Shown here: one piece after another, positions 9,385 through 21,888 of the stretch
Numbering within the stretch: position 1 is the stretch's first letter
Layout of the letters: the number at the start of each line of letters is the position of its first letter
NCBI GenBank assembly: GCA_009103225.1
Contig: RHPI01000810.1
Span: forward strand, 975,387-1,039,386
Direction of reading: 5' to 3'
Source of the DNA: Chlorokybus atmophyticus
Lineage: Eukaryota; Plantae; Mesostigma and Chlorokybus algae
Length of the DNA: 64,000 nt
Position numbers and translations under genes: made by a program
Notes under the pieces: generated by a model
The model's input: the letters and a program-made list of their open reading frames with translations, nothing else
Told to the model about the DNA's origin: nothing
The model's database searches: none

Positions 9385-10173
9385 ATGGCTGATACAGATA
9401 GGATGCCCATCGAGTCCCTTGATCTGCACAACTACGCTTCATGGTCGCTGAAGATGAAGTTGGTGCTGATCCGCAAGAAGCTTTGGAGTTTTGTCGACCC
9501 CACCTCCTCCACATCATTGCGGCCAAGAACAGGTGACACTGGTACCTGGACAGAGAACTCACAATCAGCTTTTGCGCTGATAGGCTTGCACGTCAAAGAC
9601 TTCCATCTCCCTCTTATTGCGGATTGCAAGACTGGACGTGAGGCGTGGGAGGTCTTCGACACCCTCTTCAAGGCCAATAGCAATGCGCGCAAGTTGCAGC
9701 TGAGACGCAAGCTGACACTTTTGAAGATGGAGCACAACGAGCCAATCCAGAAGTACATCTCGCGTGCAAGGGAGCTTTGGCAAGACCTTGCAGCAGTGGG
9801 CCACGACGTGAAGGAAGAGGAGGTGATGTGGGCAGTCTTGGCTGGCTTAGGAAAGAGCTTTGCTACGTTAGTGACTGTGTTAGAGTCCTCAGATGTGGTT
9901 TTAAAGTTTGCTGATGTAGTGCCTAAGCTGCTAGCTGTGGAAGGCAAGTTTGATGTTCATGAGAATGGTGGAGAACCTATTGCACTTTCTGCCTCATCTT
10001 CTCAACACACACAAAGCAAGAGCAAAGCAGGTGGTGGGAAGCCATCACGTGACAAAGAGTGTCACTACTGCAAGATGAAAGGCCACTTTATTCGCGAGTG
10101 CCAGAAGAGGATCCACGATGAGGCAACCAAGGAGGAGCACGCCACGATGGCGATTGCTTTCCAGCATTGGTGA
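9385..10173 (+). CDS. Gag, 262 aa, intact (usual TAG changed to CAG, stops three codons later)
   Basis: Uninterrupted ORF near-identical to 6301-7086. Confidence 0.92.
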   Translation: MADTDRMPIESLDLHNYASWSLKMKLVLIRKKLWSFVDPTSSTSLRPRTGDTGTWTENSQSAFALIGLHVKDFHLPLIADCKTGREAWEVFDTLFKANSNARKLQLRRKLTLLKMEHNEPIQKYISRARELWQDLAAVGHDVKEEEVMWAVLAGLGKSFATLVTVLESSDVVLKFADVVPKLLAVEGKFDVHENGGEPIALSASSSQHTQSKSKAGGGKPSRDKECHYCKMKGHFIRECQKRIHDEATKEEHATMAIAFQHW

Positions 10174-10727
10174 GGACCTCAAGGAGTTGTAGTGGATGGT
10201 GTTCGTCCGTCCTCTCCCATTGCAAGGGCGCGTGAAGGACATGCGCAGACGGAGGTCGCAGACACAAAGGTCTGTGAGAGTTGCTGCTAGCCTATGAGTA
10301 GTTGCTGGTGTTGAGCTGCATACACTAGAGGTTGCATTGCTGTGGAGTTGTTTTTTGGTAGCACACAGGTGTGCGGTACTGGATAGAACACTTCAATTAA
10401 TTGGCATGCAAGGACTGAGTTGTGTAGCTAGCTAACAGGAGATGGGAGGGGTGCTTTCCTTGGTAGAAGGGTCTGATCAACCCTTGCACGGCCTACACTC
10501 TGGTACAGCATTGCTAAGGTAGAGAACTCATTGTAGTTTATAGCATAGTTTGCCATCGAGGGAGTCCTCGAAACCATCTGAGCAAGGTCAGGCGTGGCGT
10601 GGTGGAACCTGATGCGACAACTATGAGGAGGAAACAAGGAGTAATGGAACCTTGTAGTTCTGCTGGCAGCACGAGGAGAAAGATGGTGTCATGGAGACAA
10701 GCATCGAGTCCGTGGGAGCAACAGATC

Positions 10728-13074
10728 TGTTAAATGTTATAGCTTGTTGAAAGTACATGTATAGGCGGCGCCTACATGTAGTCGGTACGATCAGCTTAAC
10801 CTTCATAGTTACGGGAGTTACGAGAGTTAGGAGAGTTACGGGAGTTACGGGAGTTACGAGAGTTATGGTCAACCATGGTCAACTTTGACTTTGACCGTTG
10901 ACTTTGACCATTGACTAATGTTGACTAGTGTTGACTTTGACCAGAGTTGACTAGAGTTGACTAGTGCTTAGTAGCATAGTATATAAGACACTGTATACTG
11001 CTTAATACAGTGGGTCGCACATTGTCTCTATAGTTGGCGTGCTTGTTGCACTTGTCCTTAGTGTGTGCACACTTGTATGTAAGAGGCAAATACACACACA
11101 CTAGGCGCATCACTAGTTCTCAACAGGTTATGGGCCCACACTCGCTTGTGTGATCGCTTGTGCTAGTGAGAGAAAGTGTTGAGCATAGGCGCCTACTAGT
11201 AGAGTGTTTTTGGGGAGAGGGTGAGTTGTACTATTCTGTAGCAAGTAATGGCTGACACTGATAGGATGCCCATCGAGTCCCTTGATCTGCACAACTACGC
11301 TTCATGGTCGCTGGAGATGAAGTTGGTGCTGATCCGCAAGAAGCTTTGGAGTTTTGTCGACCCCACCTCCTCCACATCATTGCGGCCAAGAACAGGTGAC
11401 ACTGGTACCTGGACAGAGAACTCACAATCAGCTTTTGCGCTGATAGGCTTGCACGTCAAAGACTTCCATCTCCCTCTTATTGCGGATTGCAAGACTGGAC
11501 GTGAGGCGTGGGAGGTCTTCGACACCCTCTTCAAGGCCAATAGCAATGCGCGCAAGTTGCAGCTGAGACGCAAGCTGACACTTTTTAAGATGGAGCACAA
11601 CGAGCCAATCCAGAAGTACATCTCGCGTGCAAGGGAGCTTTGGCAAGACCTTGCAGCAGTGGGCCACGACGTGAAGGAAGAGGAGGTGATGTGGGCAGTC
11701 TTAGCTGGCTTAGGAAAGAGCTTTGCAACGCTAGTGACTGTGTTGGAGTCCTCAGATGTGGTTTTGAAGTTTGCTGATGTAGTGCCTAAGCTGCTAGCTG
11801 TGGAAGGCAAGTTGGATGTTCATGAGATAGAGAATGGTGGAGAACCTATCGCACTTTTTGCCTCATCTTCTCAACACACACGAAACAGGAGCAAAGCAGG
11901 TGGTGGGAAGCCATCACGTGACAAAGAGTGTCACTACTGCAAGATGAAGGGCCACTTCATTCGCGAGTGCCAAAAGAGGATCCACGATGAGGCAACCAAG
12001 GAGGAGCACGCCACGATGGCGATTGCTTTCTAGCATTGGTGAGGACCTCAAGGAGTTGCAGTGGATGGTGTTCGTCCGTCCTCTCCCACTGCAAGGGCGC
12101 GTGAAGGACATGCGCAGACGGAGGTCGTAGACACAAAGGTCTGTGAGAGTTACTGCTAGCCTATGAGTAGTTACTGGTGTTGAGCTGCATACACTAGAGG
12201 TTGCATTGCTGTGGAGTTGCTTTTTGGTAGCACACAGGTGTGCGGTACTGGATAGAACACTTCAATTGATTGGCATGCAAGGACTGAGTTGTATAGCTAG
12301 CTAACAGGAGATGGGAGGGGTGCTTTCCTTGGTAGAAGGGTCTGATCAACCCTTGCACGGCCTACACTCTGGTACAGCATTGCTAAGGTAGAGAACTCAG
12401 TGTAGTTTATAGCATAGTTTGCCATTTAGGGAGTCTTCGAAACCACTTGAGCAAGGTCAGGCGTGGCGTGGTGGAACCTAATGCGACAACTATGAGGAGG
12501 AAACAAGGAGTATTGAAATCTTGTAATGCTGGTGGCAGCATGAGGAGAAAGATGGTGTCATGGAGACAAGCATCGAGTCCGTGGGAGCAACAGATCCGTT
12601 GGAGTGTTCAATGGAGTAAGTTAATGTGGGTAAGCTTGCGAGAAGATCTTGGAGTTCAAGGTCAAGCTGCTCGCGTGGGAGTGTTAAATGTTATAGCTTG
12701 TTGAAAGTACATGTATAGGCGGCGCCTACATGTAGTCGGTACGATCAGCTTAACCTTCATAGTTACGGGAGTTACGAGAGTTACGAGAGTTACGGGAGTT
12801 ACGGCAGTTACGGCAGTTATGGTCAACCATGGTCAACTTTGACTTTGACCGTTGACTTTGACCATTGACTAATGTTGACTAGTGTTGACTTCGACCAGAG
12901 TTGACTAGAGTTGACTAGTGCTTAGTAGCATAGTATATAAGACACTGTATACTGCTTAATACAGTGGGTCGCACATCGTCTCTATAGTTGGCGTGCTTGT
13001 TGCACTTGTCCTTAGTGTGTGCACACTTGTATGTAATAATACACACACACTAGGCGCATCACTAGTTCTCAACA
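10728..13074 (+). mobile_element. Nested full-length gag-only element (LTRs 10728-11125, 12682-13074)
   Basis: TSD AGATC at 10723-10727 and 13075-13079 inside the 3' internal region of the outer copy. Confidence 0.95.
11248..12033 (+). CDS. Gag, 261 aa, intact
   Basis: Uninterrupted ORF, CCHC knuckle, AIAF-TAG end. Confidence 0.92.
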   Translation: MADTDRMPIESLDLHNYASWSLEMKLVLIRKKLWSFVDPTSSTSLRPRTGDTGTWTENSQSAFALIGLHVKDFHLPLIADCKTGREAWEVFDTLFKANSNARKLQLRRKLTLFKMEHNEPIQKYISRARELWQDLAAVGHDVKEEEVMWAVLAGLGKSFATLVTVLESSDVVLKFADVVPKLLAVEGKLDVHEIENGGEPIALFASSSQHTRNRSKAGGGKPSRDKECHYCKMKGHFIRECQKRIHDEATKEEHATMAIAF

Positions 13075-14487
13075 AGATCCGTGGGAGTGTTCAATGGAGT
13101 AAGTCAATGTGGGTAAGCTTGCGAGAAGATCTTGGAGTTCAAGGTCAAGCTGCTCGCGTGGGAGTGTTAAATGTTATAGCTTGTTGAAAGTACATGTATA
13201 GGCGGCGCCTACATGTAGTCGGTACGATCAGCTTAACCTTCATAGTTACGGGAGTTACGAGAGTCACGAGAGTTACGGCAGTTATGGTCAACCATGGTCA
13301 ACTTTGACTTTGACCATTGACTTTGACCATTGACTAGTGTTGACTAGTGTTGACTTTGACCAGAGTTGACTAGAGTTGACTAGTGCTTAGTAGCATAGTA
13401 TATAAGACACTGTATACTGCTTAATACAGTGGGTCGCACATTGTCTCTATAGTTGGCGTGCTTGTTGCACTTGTCCTTAGTGTGTGCACACTTGTATGTA
13501 AGAGGCAAATACACACACACTAGGCGCATCACTAGTTCTCAACAGGTCTTGCTGTATCATAGCTCCCACAGTTGTGTCGGATGCGTCACAAGTTACATTG
13601 AAGGGTTTATCCATATCGGGGTGAGCCCAGACGGGTGCCTCTAATAACGCCTTCTTCAATGCAGCAAATGCATGCTCTTCCCTTAAAGACCAGCTCCAAA
13701 ACTTCCCTTTCTTGTGTAGGGTGGTCAAGGAGGCTGCACCGCACGAAAATCCCATAAAAACCTGCGATAATCCCCGCAAGGCCCAAGCACGACATTATCT
13801 CCTTGACGTTGGTTGGGGCAGACCATTCGCACACCACTTGCACTTTGTTGGGTCCGGCATAATCCCTTCGTGTAATACAATGTGGCTTAAGTACTCCACC
13901 TTGCATAGCAGTAACGTGCACTTATATAGCAAAGCACAACTTGTGCTCGCGTAAATATTGCAACACGCGAAGACTCACATGCTCGTCCCTCGTCTTCGTG
14001 TACGTTAACATGTTGTCGAGGTACACGGGGACTCCCTTACCCAGCAAGTCAACAAAAACGCTGATCATCAATGTCTAAAATGTCGCTAGTGCGTGCGTAA
14101 GCCCAAACAAAATCACTAACCACTCATAATGTCCACAGCGCACATTTAACGCTGCGCTTTGCGTGGGCCGCTTCAAGCAATTAAATGTTAACTATTATGT
14201 TGAACCGCACACGTAACACTTGCACACGCTGCTACTTGCTTCACCACGTCCACCGTGCTTCGCCACGCCGTTACACGTGTGTATGGCACCCACCTCGATT
14301 GGTGATGGTTAAATAAGCTCCACCTTCCTTTGCACGCTGTGAATTTTTTGCCCCTTGTGTCCATGCATGTTGAAAGCTTCTCCCCTAGACTGATTACCAC
14401 GCTCTTGCTTGCTCCCACGCCTGCAGTCAGCATTTGTTGCAAAAGACTTGAAGTACAACGCGATGAGACACTCCGCGATGCGTATAG

Positions 14488-15145
14488 TTGAATTGCTTGC
14501 ATGGGAGTGTTAAAGGTCTCTATGTAGGTGGCGCCTTAACTAAACTTCTACGATCAACTTATTTTCGAAAGTTATGGTCAACGGTCGTTGTGGGAATTAC
14601 GGCAGTTATGGTCAACCTTGGTCAACGTTGACTTTGACCATTGACTTTGACTTTAACTAGTGTTAACTTTGACTAGAGTTGACTAGTGTTGACTAGTGTT
14701 GACTAGCACTCATAAGTGTGCTATATAAGACACTGTCTGTTGTGTAATACAGTAAGATCCACTCTGCTCTATTGTCAGCGCCACACTTGTGCTTGTCGTT
14801 GTTGCTATTGTGCAATCTTAATAGTGCACTACAAAGCGTCTACCAAAACTTACTTGTGAAGCGGGGATCATGATAGCTCACAATGCTTCATGGTAGTCCG
14901 TGCGAACGAAAGACATGCTTCATAACAAGCTTGCTGCCTCTGGTGCCGTGCCAAATCCACAACACGGTGCTGAATGTACCATTTTGCTAATTTTGTTAGT
15001 GAATACGAGTATTGCGTGGTACCCTTTTGTTGTTTTCGTTAACCCCGTCATAAAGTCCATAGTAACTTGCTCCCTCTTGGACAATGGCACGGGAAGAGGT
15101 GGCTGCAACCCACCTGGCTTTTGGTTGCTTGCTTTCACCCTTTGA
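14488..15145. repeat. Local duplication: PPT remnant + LTR B (14508-14882) + gypsy integrase fragment
   Basis: Closely matches 5260-5780 joined to 8110-8240, without the gag-only insertion. Confidence 0.85.
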
Positions 15146-15480
15146 CATGCGTCGCACGACTAGGACATTGATGCTTGAAGCGACCACACTCGCCACAACG
15201 CCAACACTCCTTGCCGTTACCATAAGAGCCTTTCTGCACCAAAAGCTGTAGCTGCTCCTAATCCTTCTTCCCACCCTCTCTTTTGCAAGCGCTGCTCTCT
15301 TTGAAGAAGCCGTGATAATACGCCATCAAGTGTTAACTCCTCCGTGGCAGACTCCATGATAGTCACCACCACCTTGTACTCCTTTGGCAACCCGTACAAC
15401 ACAACCCACACCACTTTTTGCTCCTTTAGCTCGTGCCCAACACTCAACAAGTCCTTCTACAGCGCCTTTGCTCGCGCCAC
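15146..15480 (-). pseudogene. Gag fragment of a different copia family
   Basis: VGHELKEQKVVWVVLYGLPKEYKVVVTIMES...LSRLLQREQR, followed in another frame by CWRCGECGRFKHQC knuckle. Confidence 0.75.
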
Positions 15481-16453
15481 GAACTTGGTGATGGGCACCA
15501 TGCGCCGAGCTGTTGCCAATAATGCTCATATGTTTTACTTGCTGGTGTCGACACTAATGAGGCGGAGGCACAAACTCTTGGCCATGCTCTTGGACAGCAC
15601 GTGCATCGCGTCCATAACAGGATCACGCACAGGGTCAAACCCGTACAATTTGTCAAAGCATGCTATAAGAATTGATCCCCCACTGTCGAGTAACGCCTGC
15701 CGCCTCTCCTTTTTCCGTAGGTGGCAGTCCAATAGCATCTAGCTTGTGCAACTCCGCACTACGCCTGGCCAATTCAGCCGTGCGTGTTATGCCCCCCCCC
15801 CCCCCCCCCCCCCCCCCNCCTACGTGCCATGCTGCCCCCCCCGCTCGTCGAGTGGTGATGGAGCCTTTTATTATCATCGTATATGTAGAATGAGGACATC
15901 TCAGCTTTCTTTACATAGACAAAGGTGTTGTCGGGTTGCTGGATGCAACGGTTGCGGATTGTCTTTGGGACCTTCACACCCTTGAGCAGAAGGCGTTGGC
16001 AGGGAATGCGTGCCTGCATACCATTGAAGCGCCCGACGTGACACTGCATCGGGTGATCTCCCGTCCACAGCATCAGCATGGCATGAAGACACAACTTGCC
16101 CGCTTCGCCCTTTGAAATGGGCCTTATATAGTCAATGGCGACGCCTTTTTCAAACAGATCTTGCAGCTCATAGATCAGAGGCTTACGCAAGGGGTCCATG
16201 TTATTTTAGCCCGTAGGCACATTGTCTGCTTGAATAAACATGACTGGCATTAGCGAGTCGTTGCGGCACGCTGTTGCTGTGCCTGCATGCGAGCCGGCTG
16301 AAATGTCCTGGTACGCAATGCATAAAGTGGTCATCATTGAAATTAATTGTCAATGCAACACAGGAACTGTAGGCGCAAGTTTTGGTAATGGGTTGTTAAT
16401 ACAGCATGCACACGACATGCACTATTGTCATCTTGAGTACCGCTATTCAGTAC
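15481..16453 (-). mobile_element. CACTA/En-Spm-like transposase remnant
   Basis: PLIYELQDLFEKGV...AMLMLWTGDHPMQCHVGRFNG..ARIPC and GFDPVRDPVMDAMHVL resemble Tnp2-type motifs (recalled, not searched). Confidence 0.6.
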
Positions 16454-17471
16454 TGTTGAGAACTAGTGATGCGCGTAGTGTGTGTGTATTTGCCTCTTAC
16501 ATACAAGTGTGCACACACTAAGGACAAGTGCAGCAAGCACGCCAATTATAGAGACAATGTGCGACCCACTGTATTAAGCAGTATACAGTGTCTTATATAT
16601 ATACTATGCTACTAAGTACTAGTCAACTCTAGTCAACTCTGGTCAAAGTCAACACTAGTCAACACTAGTCAATGGTCAAAGTCAACATTGACCATGGTTG
16701 ACCATAACTGCCGTAACTCCCGTAACTCTCGTAACTCCCATAACTATAAAGGTTAAGCTGATCGTACCAACTACATGTAGGCGCCGCCTATACATGCACT
16801 TTCAACAAGCTATAACATTTAACACTCCCACGCGAGCAGCTTGACCATGAACTCCAAGTTCTTCTCGCAAGCTTACCCACATTAACTTACTTCATTGAAC
16901 ACTTCCACGGATTTGATGCTCCCACGGACTTGATGATTGTCTCCATGACACCATCCTTCTCCTCGTGCTGCCAGCAAAACTACAAGGTTCCAATACTCTT
17001 TGTTTCCTCCTCATAGTTGTCGCATCAGGTTCCACCACGCCACGCCTGACCTTGCTCAAGTGGTTTTGAAGACTCCCTAAATGGCAAACTATGCTATAAA
17101 CTACACTGAGTTCTCTACCTTAGCAATGCTGTACCAGAGTGTAGGCCGTGCAAGGGTTGATCAGACCCTTCTACCAAGGAAGCACCCCTCCCATCTCCTG
17201 TTAGCTAGCTATACAACCCAGTCCTTGCATGCCAATTAAGTGAAGTGTTCTAACTAGTACCGTACACCTGTGTGCTACCAAAAAACAACTCCACAGCAAT
17301 GCAACCTCTAGTGTATGCAGCTCAACACCAGCAACTACTCATAGGCTAGCAGTAACTCTTACAGACCTTTGTGTCTGCGATCTCCGTCTATGCATGTCCT
17401 TCACGCGCCCTTGCAGTGGGAGAGGACGGACGAACACCATCCACTGCAACTCCTTGAGGTCCTCACCAATG

Positions 17472-18251
17472 CTAGAAAGCAATTGCCATCGTGGCGTGCT
17501 CCTCCTTGGTTGCCTCATTGTGGATCCTCTTCGGGCACTCGCGAATGAAGTGGCCCTTCATCTTGCAGTAGTGACACTATTTGTCACGTGATGGCTTCCC
17601 ACCACCTGCGTTGCTACGTGTGTGTTGAGAAGATGAGGCAGAAAGTGCAATTGGTTCTCCACCATTCTCTATCTCCTGAACATCCAACTTGCCTTTCACA
17701 GCTAGCAGCTTAGGCACTACATCAGCAAACTTCAAAACCACATCTGAGGACTCCAACACAGTCACTAGCGTAGCAAAGCTCTTTCCTAAGCCAGCTAAGA
17801 CTGCCCACATCACCTCCTCTTCCTTCACGTCGTGGCCCACTGCTGCAAGGTCTTGCCAAAGCTCCCTTGCACGCGAGATGTACTTCTGAATTGGCTCTTT
17901 GTGCTCCATCTTCAAAAGTGTCAGCTTGCGTCTCAGCTGCAACTTGCGCGAGTTGCTGTTGGTCTCGAAGAGGGTGTCGAAGACCTCCCACGCCTCACGT
18001 CCAGTCTTGCAATCCGCAATAAGAGGGAGATGGAAGTCTTTGACGTGCAAGCCTATCAGCGCAAAAGCTGATTGTGAGTTCTCTGTCCTGGTACCAGTGT
18101 CACCTGTTCTTGGCCGCAATGATGTGGAGGAGGTGGGATCGACAAAACTTTAGAGCTTCTTGCGGATCAGCACCAACTTCATCTTCAGCGACCATGAAGC
18201 GTAGTTGTGCAGATCAAGGGACTCGATGGGCATCCTATTTGTGTCAGCCAT
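17472..18251 (-). pseudogene. Gag with premature stops (after KKL and after RDK)
   Basis: TGG>TAA near 18150 and GAG>TAG at 17577; 6-nt deletion giving HTRSNAGGG. Confidence 0.88.
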
Positions 18252-19391
18252 TGCTTGCTACACAATAGTACAACTCACCCTCTCCCCAAGAACACTCTAC
18301 TAGTAGGTGCCTATGCTCAACACTTTCTCTCACTAGCACAAGCGATCACACAAGCGAGTGTGGGCCCATAACCTGTTGAGAACTAGTGATGCGCCTAGTG
18401 TGTGTATATTTGCCTCTTACATACAAGTGTGCACACATTAAGGACAAGTGCAGCAAGCACGCCAACTATAGAGACAATGTGCGACCCACTGTATTAAGCA
18501 GTATACAGTGTCTTATATATATACTATGCTACTAAGTACTAGTCAACTCTAGTCAACTCTGGTCAAAGTCAACACTAGTCAACACTAGTCAATGGTCAAA
18601 GTCAACATTGACCATGGTTGACCATAACTGCCGTAACTCCCGTAACTCTCGTAACTCCCATAACTATAAAGGTTAAGCTGATCGTACCAACTACATGTAG
18701 GCGCCGCCTATACATGCACTTTCAACAAGCTATAACATTTAACACTCCCACGCGAGCAGCTTGACCATGAACTCCAAGTTCTTCTCGCAAGCTTACCCAC
18801 ATTAACTTACTTCATTGAACACTTCCACGGATTTGATGCTCCCACGGACTTGATGATTGTCTCCATGACACCATCCTTCTCCTCGTGCTGCCAGCAAAAC
18901 TACAAGGTTCCAATACTCTTTGTTTCCTCCTCATAGTTGTCGCATCAGGTTCCACCACGCCACGCCTGACCTTGCTCAAGTGGTTTTGAAGACTCCCTAA
19001 ATGGCAAACTATGCTATAAACTACACTGAGTTCTCTACCTTAGCAATGCTGTACCAGAGTGTAGGCCGTGCAAGGGTTGATCAGACCCTTCTACCAAGGA
19101 AGCACCCCTCCCATCTCCTGTTAGCTAGCTATACAACCCAGTCCTTGCATGCCAATTAAGTGAAGTGTTCTAACTAGTACCGTACACCTGTGTGCTACCA
19201 AAAAACAACTCCACAGCAATGCAACCTCTAGTGTATGCAGCTCAACACCAGCAACTACTCATAGGCTAGCAGTAACTCTTACAGACCTTTGTGTCTGCGA
19301 TCTCCGTCTATGCATGTCCTTCACGCGCCCTTGCAGTGGGAGAGGACGGACGAACACCATCCACTGCAACTCCTTGAGGTCCTCACCAATG

Positions 19392-20171
19392 CTAGAAAGC
19401 AATTGCCATCGTGGCGTGCTCCTCCTTGGTTGCCTCATTGTGGATCCTCTTCGGGCACTCGCGAATGAAGTGGCCCTTCATCTTGCAGTAGTGACACTAT
19501 TTGTCACGTGATGGCTTCCCACCACCTGCGTTGCTACGTGTGTGTTGAGAAGATGAGGCAGAAAGTGCAATTGGTTCTCCACCATTCTCTATCTCCTGAA
19601 CATCCAACTTGCCTTTCACAGCTAGCAGCTTAGGCACTACATCAGCAAACTTCAAAACCACATCTGAGGACTCCAACACAGTCACTAGCGTAGCAAAGCT
19701 CTTTCCTAAGCCAGCTAAGACTGCCCACATCACCTCCTCTTCCTTCACATCGTGGCCCACTGCTGCAAGGTCTTGCCAAAGCTCCCTTGCACGCGAGATG
19801 TACTTTTGGATTGGCTCTTTGTGCTCCATCTTCACAAGTGTCAGCTTGCGTCTCAGCTGCAACTTGCGCGAGTTGCTGTTGGCCTTAAAGAGGGTGTCGA
19901 AGACCTCCCACGCCTCACGTCCAGTCTTGCAATCCGCAATAAGAGGGAGATGGAAGTCTTTGACGTGCAAGCCTATCAGCGCAAAAGCTGATTGTGAGTT
20001 CTCTGTCCAGGTACCAGTGTCACCTGTTCTTGGCCGCAATGATGTGGAGGAGGTGGGGTCGACAAAACTCCAGAGCTTCTTGCGGATCAGCACCAACTTC
20101 ATCTTCAGCGACCATGAAGCGTAGTTGTGCAGATCAAGGGACTCGATGGGCATCCTATCTGTGTCAGCCAT
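19392..20171 (-). pseudogene. Gag truncated at 224 aa before the zinc knuckle
   Basis: ORF 19497-20171; same RDK-stop and 6-nt deletion as the neighbouring unit. Confidence 0.88.
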
Positions 20172-20682
20172 TGCTTGCTACACAATAGTACAACTCACCC
20201 TCTCCCCAAGAACACTCTACTAGTAGGTGCCTATGCTCAACACTTTCTCTCACTAGCACAAGCGATCACACAAGCGAGTGTGGGCCCATAACCTGTTGAG
20301 AACTAGTGATGCGCCTAGTGTGTGTATATTTGCCTCTTACATACAAGTGTGCACACATTAAGGACAAGTGCAGCAAGCACGCCAACTATAGAGACAATGT
20401 GCGACCCACTGTATTAAGCAGTATACAGTGTCTTACATACTATGCTACTAAGCACTGGTCAACTCTGGTCAACTCTGGTCAAAGTCAACACTAGTCAACA
20501 CTGGTCAATGGTCAAAGTCAGCGGTCAAAGTCAAAGTTGACCATGGTTGACCATGACTGCCGTAACTGCCGTAACTCTCCTAACTCTTGTAACTCCCGTA
20601 ACTATAAAGGTTAAGCTGATCGTACCAATTACATGTAGGCGCCACCTATACATGTACTTTCAACAAGCTATAACATTTAACA

Positions 20683-21865
20683 GCAGGCAAGTATGGATTG
20701 GTTTACAACCACTGTTCTACCCATGATATACAGGTAGTAGCGGGACCATAGTTGCAACTGGCCTTGGATTTTCTTCACGACTGCTGCAGGGAGACCTATA
20801 GCGGCACCCGTAGCATAACATAGCAGCATCCCTATGTGCTAGCCAAGAGACCCCAGCGCAGAGGAGGGGGGGAGCGGCGTGCAAGACTCAACATGATGCC
20901 TACCGACTTGCGATATTCAAGAAGAGAGTCCGAAGCAATAGTCCGCCATGATGTTTGTAAAATTCAATAACTGCACCAATCATTGCAATGAGGATGGCCA
21001 TGTCATCAAAAAAGGCATACTATCAACGCTCCCCCACATCTTTCATGTCGCATGCAGCACCCTCCTATATATCATCATCGGAGGGGAGAAGGCGGAGACC
21101 CATAAGAAAGGAAAAGGGACGTAGCATCTAGCCCAACGCTTCTGATGCAAGATTGAAGACAGAGTATGGCACCACTCAAGCGGAGGGGGGAGTGAGATTC
21201 TTCGCGATGCCCCCTTTGACCTGCCCGAGCAATGTGGAGCTGCAGCTATAGTGTAGCGTCTGCAGAACAGGAGGCATTAACGGGCGCAGTGGAGACATCC
21301 TTCATGAAATGTACCACCCAAACATCCAATGCGAAGGGGTTCTGTTGAGAGCTGAAAAGCGCGGAAACTTCATTCCATCAGACCCACGAGGCCACCACCA
21401 TTCCGCCCATCATGGTGCACGCAGCTGACACCCGTGCTCCAGTGCATCTTCACGCTACAACAGCAGCGCGACCCCGGCAGAGCGAACGGCTGAGGGTGGG
21501 AAGGATGCATGCGCGTCACACCCAACCACAAGCACGAGCTCGCATATCGCAGCAGCAAGGAGTGGAAAAGCACCGTGGGCTGCTTGCCAAGAGATGCATT
21601 CCAAGCACACGAGGACGGAGGGTGTAACGGGAGCAATAATAATCAGGGTATTATTGCTACCTACATAACACATTCTGTATGAATAAGTATATAATATATG
21701 CTTATTTATACCTCTTTTCTACGATTCCTCGCTGAAAGGCTTGTCATAGGCGGTGTGGGTGTTGGGTAGAGGATTGAAGGGGCATCACCGGCGACGGTGG
21801 TGCTGTTACAGAGGGGACCGAGAAGGTGAGGGTGCAGATTGGTGCTGCCCAGCTGGTTCCCCGCC
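20683..21865 (-). repeat. Duplicate of the L1-like RT segment at 37601-38781
   Basis: Near-identical sequence with scattered substitutions, including the LTR|GCAGGCAAGT junction; ends at an N gap. Confidence 0.88.
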
Positions 21866-21888
21866 NNNNNNNNNNNNNNNNNNNNNNN
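21866..21888. other. Assembly gap (23 N); single N inside C/G runs also near 15818, 38829 and 40140
   Basis: Ns in the sequence. Confidence 0.98.

Larger units (their letters stand above)
8883..13544 (+). mobile_element. Gag-only element (LTRs 8883-9262 and 13165-13544) carrying a nested copy of itself
   Basis: TSD GGTCT at 8878-8882 and 13545-13549; inserted in gypsy RNase H (QQD|QGMG). Confidence 0.95.
5650..14490 (-). mobile_element. Degenerate Ty3/gypsy pol (RT about 14490-13545, RNase H 13545/8882-8600, integrase 8400-8105 and 5780-5650), split by gag-only insertions
   Basis: GHYEWLVILFGL, VYLDNML, EWSAPTNVKEIMSCLGL, PFNVTCDASD|..AELNYPVHEKDLLA, GLLPPLPVP...VTMDYMTGL..T.KGYHAILVF. Order RT-RH-INT is gypsy-type, and the reading is rejoined across both TSD-flanked insertions. 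Confidence 0.88.
16454..20682 (-). mobile_element. Tandem array LTR-gag-LTR-gag-LTR of the gag-only family, period 1920 bp (LTRs 16454-16824, 18374-18744, 20294-20682)
   Basis: Two units share the central LTR; PBS at 18361-18373 and 20281-20293; outer flanks do not give a TSD. Confidence 0.92.

Noticed and set aside
15653-15985. Poly-Gly/poly-Pro ORFs (also near 38800 and 40130)
   Set aside because: They come from C/G homopolymers containing an N, probably assembly joins.
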